Assembly: GCA_963761285.1 (NCBI GenBank)
Contig: CAVXGJ010000008.1
Location: 86,062 to 150,061, forward strand
Direction: 5' to 3'
From: an uncultured Actinomycetota bacterium
GTDB lineage: Bacteria; Actinomycetota; Actinomycetes; Propionibacteriales; Nocardioidaceae
Length of the DNA: 64,000 nucleotides
Shown here: positions 9,269 through 18,726 of the stretch, piece after piece
Numbering within the stretch: the stretch's first letter is position 1
How the letters are laid out: the number at the start of each line of letters is the position of its first letter
Notes under the pieces: generated by a model
What the model was told of the DNA's origin: nothing
Seen by the model: only the letters and a program-made list of their open reading frames with translations
Database searches by the model: none
Translations under genes and position numbers: made by a program

Positions 9269-9323
9269 TCGTCCACAGCCACGCCGCAGCCATGTGCCGT
9301 GCGTCGGCCCCCGCCGTTAGGGT
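9269..9323 (+). promoter_or_regulatory. dinG promoter: DnaA-box variant plus PafBC-like element and -10 (leaderless)
   Basis: TCGTCCACA 9269; CGTCGG-N10-TAGGGT 9302-9323; GTG 6 nt after the -10. Confidence 0.5.
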
Positions 9324-9329
9324 GCTCTG

Positions 9330-11348
9330 GTGCCTGACGCCCCCAGCCCCGAGACCACCGCCGACTCCGCGGTGCACACGGTGCTGGCCACGGCTGTCGC
9401 CGCCCTCGGCGGGGCCGAGCGCTCCGGGCAGGTCGCGATGGCCGATGCCGTCGGCAACGCGTTCCGGAAGAAGGAGCACCTGCTGGTGCAGGCCGGCACC
9501 GGCACCGGCAAGTCGTTGGCCTACCTCGTGCCCGCACTGGTGCACGACAAGCGGGTCGTGGTCGCGACGGCCACGCTCGCGCTGCAGCACCAGCTCGTCG
9601 AGCGTGACCTTCCGCGGCTGGTCGAGGCGGTCAAGGGCTCGCCGGGCGTCGACACCTCCTACGCCGTGCTCAAGGGCCGCTCCAACTACGCCTGTCTGCA
9701 CCGCATCCGCGAGGGCGTCCCCGACGACCAGGGGGTGCTGGTCGACGTGCCCCAGGGCTCGATGGCCGAGAAGGTGCTCGAGCTGCGTTCGTGGGCCGAG
9801 AAGGAAGCCACCGACAAGGGCTCGGGGGAGCGCGACGCCGCGCCCCGCCATACCGACCGGGAGTGGCGCCAGGTCAGCGTGGGCCACCGCGACTGCCTGG
9901 GTGCCACCAAGTGCCCCTTCGGCCAGGAGTGCTTCGCCGAGGTCGCCCGCGAGAAGGCCCAGCGCTCCCACCTGATCATCACCAACCACTCGCTGCTCGC
10001 GATCGACGCGATCGAGGGCATCCCGATGATCCCCGAGTACGACGCCGTGGTGATCGACGAGGCCCACGAGCTGACCGCGCGGGTCACCCAGGCCGCCACC
10101 GACGAGCTGACCTCGGCCGACGTCGAGCGGGCCGCGCGCCGGTCGGTGCGCCACGTCGAGGGCAACGAGGCCGACGACCTCGCCGATGCCGGCGATGCGC
10201 TGCGCGATGCGATGGCCGAAGCCCGACCGGGCCGGATGGAGCGACTGCCTCCCGAGCTCTCCGACGCCCTGGTGCTGGTGCGCGACGCCGCCCGCGCCTG
10301 CCTGTCGGCCTACCCGAAACCGTCCGACGCCAAGGGCAAGGACGGGGAGGCCGATCCCGGCCTCACCCAGGCCAAGGGCACCGTGCAGGACGTCTTCGCG
10401 GTCGCCGAGCGGATGGCGGCCTGCGCGGCGACCGACGTGCTGTGGCTCAACGAAGGCGGCACCGGCGAGCGCAGCCGGATCCCCCCGCGCCTGGCCATCG
10501 CTCCGCTCGAGGTGTGGGGGCCGATGCGCGACAAGCTCCTGACCGACAAGACCGTGGTGATGACCTCGGCGACGCTGATGCTCGGAGGCGACTTCTCCTC
10601 GCTCGCCACCAACGTCGGGCTCAAGCCGACCGAGCGCGTCGGGCGCACCGACGACGCCGACTTCGGCGAGGACGCCCAGCCGTGGGTCGGCCTCGACGTC
10701 GGTTCGCCGTTCGACTACGCCCAGCAGGGCATCCTCTACGTCGCCCGCCACCTGCCGCCGCCGGGCCGCGACGGTCTGGTCAAGGCCCAGCTCGACGAGA
10801 TCGTCGAGCTCGTCGATGCCGCCGAGGGCCGCACGCTCGGGTTGTTCTCGAGCCGGCGCGCCGCCGAGGCCGCGGCCGAGGAGGTCCGCACCCGGCTGCC
10901 CCACCTGACGACGCTCGCGCAGGGCGAGGCGCAGCTGCCCGAGCTCGCCAAGCAGTTCGTCAGCGATCCCCACACCTGCCTCTTCGGGACCCTCAGCCTC
11001 TGGCAGGGTCTCGACGTGCCGGGGGAGACCTGCCAGCTGGTGCTCATCGACAGGATCCCGTTCCCCCGCCCCGACGACCCGTTGATGAGCGCGCGGCAGA
11101 AGGCCGCCGACGCGGCCGGCGGCAACGGCTTCATGCAGGTCGCGGCCACCCACGCCGCGCTGCTGCTCGCCCAGGGCTCCGGCCGGCTGATCCGCACCAC
11201 CACCGACCGCGGGGTGGTCGCCGTACTCGACCCGCGGCTCGCGACGGCCCGCTACGGCTCGTTCCTCAAGGCCTCGCTGCCGCCGATGTGGACCACCACC
11301 GACCCGGCGATCGTGCGCAAGGCGCTGGCCCGGCTGGCGGCCGGCTGA
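9330..11348 (+). CDS. dinG: ATP-dependent DNA helicase, DinG family
   Basis: QAGTGTGKS, KGRSNYAC Fe-S cysteines, DEAH, GVDVPG-like GLDVPG, QGSGRLIR. Confidence 0.93.
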   Translation: MPDAPSPETTADSAVHTVLATAVAALGGAERSGQVAMADAVGNAFRKKEHLLVQAGTGTGKSLAYLVPALVHDKRVVVATATLALQHQLVERDLPRLVEAVKGSPGVDTSYAVLKGRSNYACLHRIREGVPDDQGVLVDVPQGSMAEKVLELRSWAEKEATDKGSGERDAAPRHTDREWRQVSVGHRDCLGATKCPFGQECFAEVAREKAQRSHLIITNHSLLAIDAIEGIPMIPEYDAVVIDEAHELTARVTQAATDELTSADVERAARRSVRHVEGNEADDLADAGDALRDAMAEARPGRMERLPPELSDALVLVRDAARACLSAYPKPSDAKGKDGEADPGLTQAKGTVQDVFAVAERMAACAATDVLWLNEGGTGERSRIPPRLAIAPLEVWGPMRDKLLTDKTVVMTSATLMLGGDFSSLATNVGLKPTERVGRTDDADFGEDAQPWVGLDVGSPFDYAQQGILYVARHLPPPGRDGLVKAQLDEIVELVDAAEGRTLGLFSSRRAAEAAAEEVRTRLPHLTTLAQGEAQLPELAKQFVSDPHTCLFGTLSLWQGLDVPGETCQLVLIDRIPFPRPDDPLMSARQKAADAAGGNGFMQVAATHAALLLAQGSGRLIRTTTDRGVVAVLDPRLATARYGSFLKASLPPMWTTTDPAIVRKALARLAAG

Positions 11349-11378
11349 GCCTCACGGCTTGCCCGCCGACAGCACGAA

Positions 11379-11403
11379 CCCCCCGAGACGGCGTCTCGAG
11401 GGG
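11379..11403. terminator. Hairpin between convergent genes
   Basis: CCCCGAGACG/CGTCTCGAGGGG inverted repeat with one bulge. Confidence 0.4.
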
Positions 11404-11426
11404 CCCGTGGCGGGTGGATCAGTCGA

Positions 11427-13130
11427 TCACTTCAGGACGCGTGCGCTGAGCTTCTGCTTGAGGCCGTCATCCTTGGGGATGCCGGAGCAGGAGTAGGGCG
11501 AGTTGTCGTCCTGGTAGCAGTTGGTGCGAGCGCTGGCGTTGGCCAACGTCACCTCGACGCGCTTGATCTTCTTGGAGCTGAACGACACGCGCTTGGTGCC
11601 GTCGCCCTTCTTGTTCAGCTTGATCTCGTAGACCTTGGTCTTGCCCGACTTCGGCACGACGGTCACCGCGGCGCGCGAGCCCTTGAACTTGTACGCCATG
11701 TCGACGGTGAGCTTGAGCTTGGTCTTCGGCTTCTTCAGGCTCTTCGGGATGATCCGGTAGGTCGCGGAGGTGAGGTGGTCGATCGTGATCAGCTTGTCGA
11801 TGCTGGTCTTCTTCGACGAGAGCTTCGACCGGCCGGCCAACGGCCCGGTGGGGTACTTCTGCGCCTTGCCCTCCTCGTAGGTCTCGCGCGGGCGACGGTT
11901 GGCGACCGAGAAGTCGAGGAACTGCTTCTCCGCGGTGGTGGAGTGCTGGCTCAGGACGGTGCTGATCGCCTGGTAGGAGTACTGGTCCGGACCGCCGGCA
12001 GCCCCGTCGGCCATCGTGAAGAAGTCGAGGATCAGCTTGGGCATCGTGCCCTGAAGCGTGTCGTACTTCTCGGTGAGGAAGCGGAAGTAGGTCCAGGTGC
12101 CGTAGTGGAAGCCGGTCTGGCCGATGAAGGAGTCCATCGGGGTGTACGGCTGGGTCAACGGGCTGTTCGCCAGGTACTGGAGGTTGTCGTTGACGCTGTC
12201 GAAGACGATGTCCTCGGCCCAGGCAGCGGTGGCCTCGAGGAACCAGAGGTCCTCGAAGGCGTCGTAGGCGTACTGGGTGGCGTGGAAGTACTCGTGGGCA
12301 GCGGTGACCGCGATGTTCTCCAGCTGGGTGTTGTCGTCGAAGCCCGCGTAGTCGTCGTCGAGGACGCAGTAGGCCCACCGGTCGAAGGTGCCCGGCTCGG
12401 CCGACGAGTTGGGCTGGTCGGGGGCGCAGTAGCCGTAGAGGCCGAGGCTGCCGATCTCGGCGAGGTAGATGTCGATGCGGTCGTCGCCGCCGCGGGTGCC
12501 GTCGGCACGCGGCTCGCGGTAGCCGGCGTCGAGGTAGGTGTCGTGCACGAGGACCATCACGCGCAGGACGGTGTCGACGTAGTCCGGGATGCCGTTGGGG
12601 CCGGCGTCGCCCGCGGCGTCGTTCAGGTCGGCCAGCGGCGGGGCATCCTTGGAGCTGGCGACGTAGTGCACGCACAGGTCGGGCGAGCAGGCCGGGGCGG
12701 CCTCGTCGACGGTGTACTCGATGGTCGTGCCACCGCCCTGCGGGTCGCCGCCCTCATCGGTGGGTCGTGCCAGGTAGCGGGCGGCCTCCTCACGGTCGGC
12801 TCCACTGAGGGAGTCGATACGCAGCGCGAGCTCGCGCAGCGGCATCGAGGCATCGACCTTGCCACCGGCCACGGCTGCGCGTGCCGAGGTGGTCGAGGAG
12901 TCGGCGAAGACCGAGCGGACCGACGACAGGGCGCTCTGAGCAGCGCTGGTGTCGCGCGTGGTCACCGCCTGCTTGAGGGTGGTCCCGGCGGTGTCGATGG
13001 GCTTGGGGTCGGATACGGCAGCGGCAGCGTCAGCAGAGATTCCAGCCGAGAACGCGGTCACCGAAGCGAGAGCACATGCGGCCGCGAATGCGGAGGCACG
13101 CCTGATAGGGGTCAATATCACCCCGCGCAC
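11427..13130 (-). CDS. Secreted zinc metalloprotease (MXAN_6640-like family)
   Basis: Signal peptide; TAAHEYFHATQYAY HExxH motif; WFLEATA third ligand. Confidence 0.8.
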   Translation of the reverse strand: MRGVILTPIRRASAFAAACALASVTAFSAGISADAAAAVSDPKPIDTAGTTLKQAVTTRDTSAAQSALSSVRSVFADSSTTSARAAVAGGKVDASMPLRELALRIDSLSGADREEAARYLARPTDEGGDPQGGGTTIEYTVDEAAPACSPDLCVHYVASSKDAPPLADLNDAAGDAGPNGIPDYVDTVLRVMVLVHDTYLDAGYREPRADGTRGGDDRIDIYLAEIGSLGLYGYCAPDQPNSSAEPGTFDRWAYCVLDDDYAGFDDNTQLENIAVTAAHEYFHATQYAYDAFEDLWFLEATAAWAEDIVFDSVNDNLQYLANSPLTQPYTPMDSFIGQTGFHYGTWTYFRFLTEKYDTLQGTMPKLILDFFTMADGAAGGPDQYSYQAISTVLSQHSTTAEKQFLDFSVANRRPRETYEEGKAQKYPTGPLAGRSKLSSKKTSIDKLITIDHLTSATYRIIPKSLKKPKTKLKLTVDMAYKFKGSRAAVTVVPKSGKTKVYEIKLNKKGDGTKRVSFSSKKIKRVEVTLANASARTNCYQDDNSPYSCSGIPKDDGLKQKLSARVLK

Positions 13131-13243
13131 GCTATACCCAGTGAGGCATCGAATATGCGCGGATCTCGGTAAATGGTTGCCCTCGGGGTGAACTCGTTAA
13201 GAACAGCCGATTAACTCGCCATCGGCTTGGGTCGCACGTCGGT

Positions 13244-14611
13244 CTACAGCCGCGAGCGACCGTCGTACCCGCCCTTGGGCTGCTTGCGGATGCCGAAGAA
13301 GTCGGCCACGGTCGGCGCGACGTCGAGGGTGTGGGCCATCGCGGAGGAAGCCTTGCGCCGCGGGATGCGTGGGTGCCCGCCGGAGATGAAGAACGGGATC
13401 GGACGCGTCGCCGGGTGACCGTGGTTGCCGGGGATCGGGTTGGAGGAGACCGGGTCGGGGTCGCTGAAGCGCCAGCCCGACTTGCAGAAGACCACCAGGT
13501 CGCCGGCCTCGGGCCCGCACCGCATCCAGCGCGACTCGGGGTCCTTGCAGTTGAGGACACCGGGAGTGGCCCGAGCGATCTTCCGCATCTTCTTCAGCGC
13601 CTTGTCGCGCTCGGCAGCGGGCCCGGTCCAGTAGACGAGGTCGGCACCACCGTTGTCGGCGATGACGAACTTGCCCGCCAGATCGGCCTCGGCCTCGAAA
13701 GCGCTGGTCAGGGTGATGACCTTCTCGGGTCGCGACCAGTCCATCGAGTGGTCGGCGAGCACGATGAGCATCGAGTGCTCCCAGGTGCCGGAGTCCTTCA
13801 GGGCCGAGACGAAGCGGCCGACCTGGGCGTCGGTGGAGGCCAGCGCGGCGCGGCGCGCGGCCTTGATCCCGAGGGGGCCGGTGAAGTCGGAGTGACCGAC
13901 CCGGTCGACATCGCCGAGGTTGATGAACATCAGGTGGGGGTCGAGGTCGTCGAGCATCGCCAGGGCCGCCTCCATCGTGAACTCGTCCGGGGCGTGCTCG
14001 GAGATCGGGATGATCGGCGCCGGCTCCCAGCGGTCGGTGGCGCGGGTGCCGAAGATGCCGTAGAGGTACTCCTTGCTCAGCACCGTGCCCGTGCGCAGGC
14101 CCTTGCGGTTGAGCCGCTCGATGATCGTGTCGGCCTTGAGGTCCGAGGGCCGGTCGAGCGTGCGGATGACCTTCTCGGCGCGGTCGTAGATCGAGTTGGC
14201 CGGCACTCCCGAGCGGTCGGGGCGCACGCCGGTCATCATCATCGTGTGGTTGGGGATCGTCTCCATGATCGGCTTCGCCGCGGCCCGCGAGTAGCGGTAG
14301 CCGCCGGTGCGCAGGGCGTGCAGGTTGGGAGTCAGCCCGCTGTCGATCTCCTCGGGGATGCAGCCGTCGACGACCAGGACGTAGGCGCGCTTCTTGGTGC
14401 GCTTCGCTTTGGCCTTGGCCTTGCCCTTACCGGCGGCTGCTGCTGGGCTCGGGGCCAGCCCGGAGCCGGCCGCCGTCGCGGCGGAGGAGAAGAGCAGCCC
14501 GGCGCCGCCGAGCTTGAACAGGGTGCGGCGCCCTGCTGCGATCTCGCTCAGCCCGACGTCGTACGGCGTGGGCTCGTCGGGGTTGCGGCGGGAGGTGGCG
14601 TCACCACACAT
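13244..14611 (-). CDS. Alkaline-phosphatase-superfamily phosphodiesterase/nucleotide pyrophosphatase, Tat-type signal
   Basis: RRTLFK twin-Arg; VLVVDG, ETIPNH, DVDRVGH, ADH, GNHGH. Confidence 0.85.
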   Translation of the reverse strand: MCGDATSRRNPDEPTPYDVGLSEIAAGRRTLFKLGGAGLLFSSAATAAGSGLAPSPAAAAGKGKAKAKAKRTKKRAYVLVVDGCIPEEIDSGLTPNLHALRTGGYRYSRAAAKPIMETIPNHTMMMTGVRPDRSGVPANSIYDRAEKVIRTLDRPSDLKADTIIERLNRKGLRTGTVLSKEYLYGIFGTRATDRWEPAPIIPISEHAPDEFTMEAALAMLDDLDPHLMFINLGDVDRVGHSDFTGPLGIKAARRAALASTDAQVGRFVSALKDSGTWEHSMLIVLADHSMDWSRPEKVITLTSAFEAEADLAGKFVIADNGGADLVYWTGPAAERDKALKKMRKIARATPGVLNCKDPESRWMRCGPEAGDLVVFCKSGWRFSDPDPVSSNPIPGNHGHPATRPIPFFISGGHPRIPRRKASSAMAHTLDVAPTVADFFGIRKQPKGGYDGRSRL

Positions 14612-14612
14612 C

Positions 14613-16334
14613 TCAGACCACCGGCTTCGCGACGCGGAAGACGCTGTTGGTCCCGCTGAGGGTCCGGTAGCTGGTCTCGTGGGTGATCGCCGTGGCCTTG
14701 TCGGCGCGGTCGCCGATGACGAACCAGTCCATCTGGGCTCGTTTCGCGGTCAGGTCGAGCACGGAGAACCCGTGGTCGTCGAAGTTGAGGTACTTGATGT
14801 GCGGGTTGTCGACCTTGATGCCCTCCTCGACCGCGATGCTCGTGGTGCGCGAGGGGGTGCCGGTGATGTCCTTGAGGTTGTTGGACGTCACCGAGCTGCA
14901 CACGAACTCCACGCCCGCCGAGCCGCTGATCGGGTAGGTGGCCACGTCGTAGGGCAGGTCGCAGGCCCAGCCGGAGTGGATGTCGCCGGTGATGAAGAGG
15001 GCGTTCTCGACGTGGTGGTCCTTGATGAACTCGAAGACCTCACGCCGGTCGTCGGTGTAGCCGTCCCACTGGTCGACGTTGTAGGGCAGACCGTCGGCGG
15101 GCAGCAGCCCGGTGACGTCGTTGATCGGCCCGACGAGGTCTCCGGGCAGCTGGGCGAAGGTGACGGGGGTGATCATCACCGGGTTGCCGATCACCTTCCA
15201 CAGCGCCTTGCGTCGCTGCAACGACGTCTTCAGCCAGCGCAGCTGGCGGGCGCCGGTGATGGTGCGGTCGGGATCGCTGACCTCGCCGTCGGGCGTCGGG
15301 ACCGGGGCAGGGAAGGTGGTGCTGGCCTGCTCGGAGCGGTAGGTGCGCAGATCGAGCATGCTGATCTCGGCCAGCTTGCCGAAGCGCAGGCGCCGGTAGA
15401 GCCGGTCGCCGTCGCCGAGCTGGGTGGTGTTGTTGAGCTGGACGGGCATCCACTCGTCGTAGGCGCGGTGGGCGCGCGCGCGTCGGCGCAGGTAGTCGCC
15501 CTCGTCGGGCTGGTGGTTCTCGGCGCCGGTGTCGTACTGGTCGTTGGTGACCTCGTGGTCGTCCCACGTCACGATCCAGGGGAACTTCGCGTGTGCGGCC
15601 TGCAGGTCGGTGTCGCGCTTGTACTGCGCGTGGCGCTGGCGGTAGTCGGCCAGCGAGACCATCTCGCGGGGCGGCTCGTGCTCGCGGATGTCGACGTTGC
15701 TCTGCCCCATCCCGTAGTCGCCGGGGGCGTACTCGTAGAGGTAGTCACCGAGGTGGACGACGGCATGCAGGTCGTCGCGGGCTGCGATGCCGCGGTAGGC
15801 CGAGAACCAGCCGGCCTGCAGGTTGGCGCAGGAGACGATGCCGAAGCGCAGGTGACGCGGGTTGGAGCGGGGCCGGGGGGCGGTGCGGGTGCGGCCGACC
15901 TGGCTGTGCGCGCCGCGGTAGGTGAAGCGGTAGTAGTACCAGGTGGCCGGCTTCAGGCCGGTGGCGTCGAGCTTGACGGTGTGGTCACGGGCTGCGCTCG
16001 TGGTGAAGGTGCCGCGGGCCGCGATCTTGCGGAAGCCCTCGTCGGTCGCGACCTCCCAGCGCACCTGCACCTTCGGGCCCTTGCCCGAGCCCGGCGTGCT
16101 GGCCGGGGTGGGCGTCAGCCGGGTCCAGAGGATCACCTTCTTCGGGCGCGGGTCGCCCGAGGCGATGCCGTGCTGGAAGTAGCGCTTGGCGCGCGGACCG
16201 GCCGCAGCTGCGCCGGCGCCGGCCGGGAGGGTGGCGCCGGCCGCGACGCCCACCAGCCCGGCGGCGGTGCCGGAGGCCAGGACGGTACGACGGTCGAGGT
16301 GCGGGATCGTGGAAGTCGTCACATCAGGAGTCAA
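14613..16334 (-). CDS. phoD: Alkaline phosphatase D, Tat-exported
   Basis: RRTVL; FQHGIASGDP, HLGDYLYEY, WDDHEVTND, DQWDGY, TGDIHS. Confidence 0.93.
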   Translation of the reverse strand: MTPDVTTSTIPHLDRRTVLASGTAAGLVGVAAGATLPAGAGAAAAGPRAKRYFQHGIASGDPRPKKVILWTRLTPTPASTPGSGKGPKVQVRWEVATDEGFRKIAARGTFTTSAARDHTVKLDATGLKPATWYYYRFTYRGAHSQVGRTRTAPRPRSNPRHLRFGIVSCANLQAGWFSAYRGIAARDDLHAVVHLGDYLYEYAPGDYGMGQSNVDIREHEPPREMVSLADYRQRHAQYKRDTDLQAAHAKFPWIVTWDDHEVTNDQYDTGAENHQPDEGDYLRRRARAHRAYDEWMPVQLNNTTQLGDGDRLYRRLRFGKLAEISMLDLRTYRSEQASTTFPAPVPTPDGEVSDPDRTITGARQLRWLKTSLQRRKALWKVIGNPVMITPVTFAQLPGDLVGPINDVTGLLPADGLPYNVDQWDGYTDDRREVFEFIKDHHVENALFITGDIHSGWACDLPYDVATYPISGSAGVEFVCSSVTSNNLKDITGTPSRTTSIAVEEGIKVDNPHIKYLNFDDHGFSVLDLTAKRAQMDWFVIGDRADKATAITHETSYRTLSGTNSVFRVAKPVV

Positions 16335-16371
16335 CGACCCGAGCCCGTCGAGGTCATGGCCGGAGTCGATC

Positions 16372-16404
16372 CGTCACCCGTTGTTCACCACGGCGTCGCC
16401 GAGC
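16372..16404 (+). promoter_or_regulatory. Candidate PHO box (11-nt direct repeats) upstream of phoD
   Basis: CGTCACCCGTT / GTTCACCACGG / CGTCGCCGAGC at 11-nt period, resembling the Streptomyces GTTCACC repeat unit. Confidence 0.45.
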
Positions 16405-16418
16405 GCTCGTGACCTGCC

Positions 16419-17159
16419 TCAGAGCGAACGCAGCACCGCGGTCACGACCCCGAGGATGGTGGCGTGGGTGCCGTCGATCGGGTCGAAGGCCGGGTTGTGG
16501 GGGAGCAGCCACACCTGGTCGCCGGTGCGCTGGAAGGTCTTGACGGTGGCTTCGCCGTCGATCATCGCCGCCACGATCTGGCCGTTCGTGGCGGTCTGCT
16601 CCTGGCGGATGACGACGTAGTCGCCGTCGCAGATGGCGGCCTCGATCATCGACTCGCCGCTGACCTGGAGCAGGAACAGCTGGCCGTCGCCGACGAGCTG
16701 GCGCGGCAGCGGGAAGACGTCCTCGAAGGTCTCCTCGGCCAGGATCGGGCCACCCGCGGCGATCCGACCGATGAGCGGCACGTTGGTGGGGGTCTGGGCG
16801 ATGTCGCCGATGCCGGTCTCGTCATAGGAGGTCTCGTCGGAGCTCGACAGCGAGCGGCGAGCCGCCATCACCTCGGGCAGGAAGACCTCCAGGGCGCGGG
16901 GCCGGTTGGGGTCGCGCTTGATGTAGCCCTTCTCCTGCAGCACCTTGAGCTGGTGGGCGACGCTGGAGGTGCTGGTCAGCCCGACCGCGCCACCGATCTC
17001 GCGCATGCTCGGCGGGTAGCCACGCAGCTCGATGCTGTCCTTGATGTGGGTCAGCACCCGCTGCTGGCGCGGCGTCAACCCGGTCGCGTCGGGCGGGCCG
17101 TCGGGGAGCTCGGAGACCGAGCGCTTACGAGGAGCCGGGTTCTTGGGGGTCGAGGCCAT
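16419..17159 (-). CDS. lexA: SOS repressor LexA
   Basis: [22 protein letters not shown] cleavage site, GESM Ser, EATVK Lys. Confidence 0.97.
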   Translation of the reverse strand: MASTPKNPAPRKRSVSELPDGPPDATGLTPRQQRVLTHIKDSIELRGYPPSMREIGGAVGLTSTSSVAHQLKVLQEKGYIKRDPNRPRALEVFLPEVMAARRSLSSSDETSYDETGIGDIAQTPTNVPLIGRIAAGGPILAEETFEDVFPLPRQLVGDGQLFLLQVSGESMIEAAICDGDYVVIRQEQTATNGQIVAAMIDGEATVKTFQRTGDQVWLLPHNPAFDPIDGTHATILGVVTAVLRSL

Positions 17160-17191
17160 GGCCTCAGCGTGCCAGAAGATCACCCCTGAGT

Positions 17192-17207
17192 TCAAACATG
17201 TGTTCGA
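17192..17207. promoter_or_regulatory. LexA (SOS) box
   Basis: TCAAAC-ATGT-GTTCGA, one mismatch to the actinobacterial TCGAAC-N4-GTTCGA. Confidence 0.85.
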
Positions 17208-17241
17208 ACGGCGTGTCGCGCTCGCCTGCCAGACTGCGCCC

Positions 17242-18078
17242 ATGAGCGACGAGAGAAGAACCCCGGTCAACAGTCAGAGTGTCTGCGTGGTCACCGGAGC
17301 GGCGCGGGGGATCGGCCGCGGGATCGCCGAACGGCTGATCCGCGACGGTCACCAGGTGGTCATCACCGACCTCGACGCCGCCGGAGTGGCGGCGACCGCT
17401 GCCGAGATCGGCGCGATCGCGGGGCTCGAGCAGGATGTCCGTGACCCGGCGTCGCACCGCGCCGTGGCACGCGAGGCGACGGCCCACGGCCCGCTCCGCG
17501 GTTGGTTCAACAACGCAGGAGTGGGCTGGGACGGCCCGCTGAGCGAGCTCGGCGACGAGCAGGTCCGCGGCCTGGTCGAGATCAACCTGCTCGGGGTGCT
17601 GTGGGGCATGCGGGCCGCGCTCGAGGTCTTCGAGGCCGGCGGGGCAGGCGGGGCCGATGGGGGAGGCGGGGGCGACATCGTCAACACCGCCTCGCTCTCC
17701 GGTCTGGGCCCGGTGCCCGGGCTGTCGGTGTACGCCGCGACGAAGGCCGCGGTCGTCTCGGCCACGATGTCGGTGGCCATCGAGGCGCCGAAGGGTGTCG
17801 GGGTGCACGCGATCCTCCCCGACGGCGTGGCGACGCCCATGGTGGAGGCGATGAATGCGGGCGGGCTGGCGAAGGCGCTGGTGTCGTCGGGAGGCCGACT
17901 GTTGAGTGTGGAGGAGATCGCCGACGCCGCGGTCGGGCTGATGGGCAGCCGCCGGGTCCTGCGCACGGTGCCCGCCTGGCGGGGCGCAGTGATGCGCGGC
18001 AGCTCGATGGCGCCGTCCCTCGCCGCCGGCGGGATGGCGGTCTTCGCGGCGCAGGGCAGGCGTGCGCTGAGGCGTTGA
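17242..18078 (+). CDS. Short-chain dehydrogenase/reductase
   Basis: [22 protein letters not shown]. Confidence 0.92.
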   Translation: MSDERRTPVNSQSVCVVTGAARGIGRGIAERLIRDGHQVVITDLDAAGVAATAAEIGAIAGLEQDVRDPASHRAVAREATAHGPLRGWFNNAGVGWDGPLSELGDEQVRGLVEINLLGVLWGMRAALEVFEAGGAGGADGGGGGDIVNTASLSGLGPVPGLSVYAATKAAVVSATMSVAIEAPKGVGVHAILPDGVATPMVEAMNAGGLAKALVSSGGRLLSVEEIADAAVGLMGSRRVLRTVPAWRGAVMRGSSMAPSLAAGGMAVFAAQGRRALRR

Positions 18079-18107
18079 GCCGGGAGGCGGGGGACCCTAG
18101 TGGGCGG

Positions 18108-18192
18108 TCGAACAAATGTTCGCTCCAGGGGTTGTGCTCGTTCGAACACCTGATCTAGTCTCGTACATGTGTTCGATCGAACGTCTGATCGG
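18108..18192. promoter_or_regulatory. Cluster of 2-4 SOS boxes over a sigma70-type promoter
   Basis: TCGAAC-AAAT-GTTCGC 18108; TCGTAC-ATGT-GTTCGA 18161; weaker boxes at 18142 and 18177; TTGTGC-N18-TAGTCT. Confidence 0.8.
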
Positions 18193-18223
18193 ATTGCTCC
18201 GAAGCTCTAGTGGTCAGCGGCAC

Positions 18224-18245
18224 TGTCGGTGCCGGCCACTAGACA
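18224..18245 (+). promoter_or_regulatory. PafBC/RecA-NDp-like element
   Basis: TGTCGGTG-N8-TAGACA (last base differs from TANNNT). Confidence 0.45.
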
Positions 18246-18287
18246 TCGGGGCACACACCGAACGTCCTCTTCCCCAGGAGTTTTGCC

Positions 18288-18635
18288 ATGAGCGCCATCA
18301 CCGAGACCCGCATCGCCGACTTCGCTTTCGACTTCGAGGTCGACCGCACCCCCGACTACCGGCTCACCCGCCGCGGTCGCCTGGTCGTGCTCGTCACGGG
18401 GCTGCTGGTGCTGCTGGCGATCGGCGTTGCGTTCGCCGGGGTCTCGCTCGCCTCGGAGGAGCCGCAGCCCACCGAGACGATCACGGTCGGGCCCGGCGAC
18501 ACCCTCTGGGACATCTCCTCCGGTCTGACCGCCGGCGGCGACGTGCGCGACATGATGCGCCACATCGAGCAGCTCAACTCCCTCGACACCGTCGCCCTGG
18601 CCGTCGGCCAGCGCCTGCAGGTCCCCGCGGAGTAG
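18288..18635 (+). CDS. LysM-domain SOS cell-division inhibitor (ChiZ/DivS/YneA-like)
   Basis: RLTRRGR, TM helix, LysM TVGPGDTLWDI...LNSL...VGQRLQVP; position near lexA and nrdR. Confidence 0.85.
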   Translation: MSAITETRIADFAFDFEVDRTPDYRLTRRGRLVVLVTGLLVLLAIGVAFAGVSLASEEPQPTETITVGPGDTLWDISSGLTAGGDVRDMMRHIEQLNSLDTVALAVGQRLQVPAE

Positions 18636-18681
18636 GGCACCACAAGACGTCGTCAGCCGCCTCGACCCCGGCTGACGATCA

Positions 18682-18726
18682 CGAGGGCGGGGCCGTGGGA
18701 AGGCGTCCCCGCCCTCGCAGCATTTT
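18682..18726 (+). terminator. Intrinsic terminator-like hairpin
   Basis: CGAGGGCGGGG/CCCCGCCCTCG stem followed by CAGCATTTTT. Confidence 0.55.
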
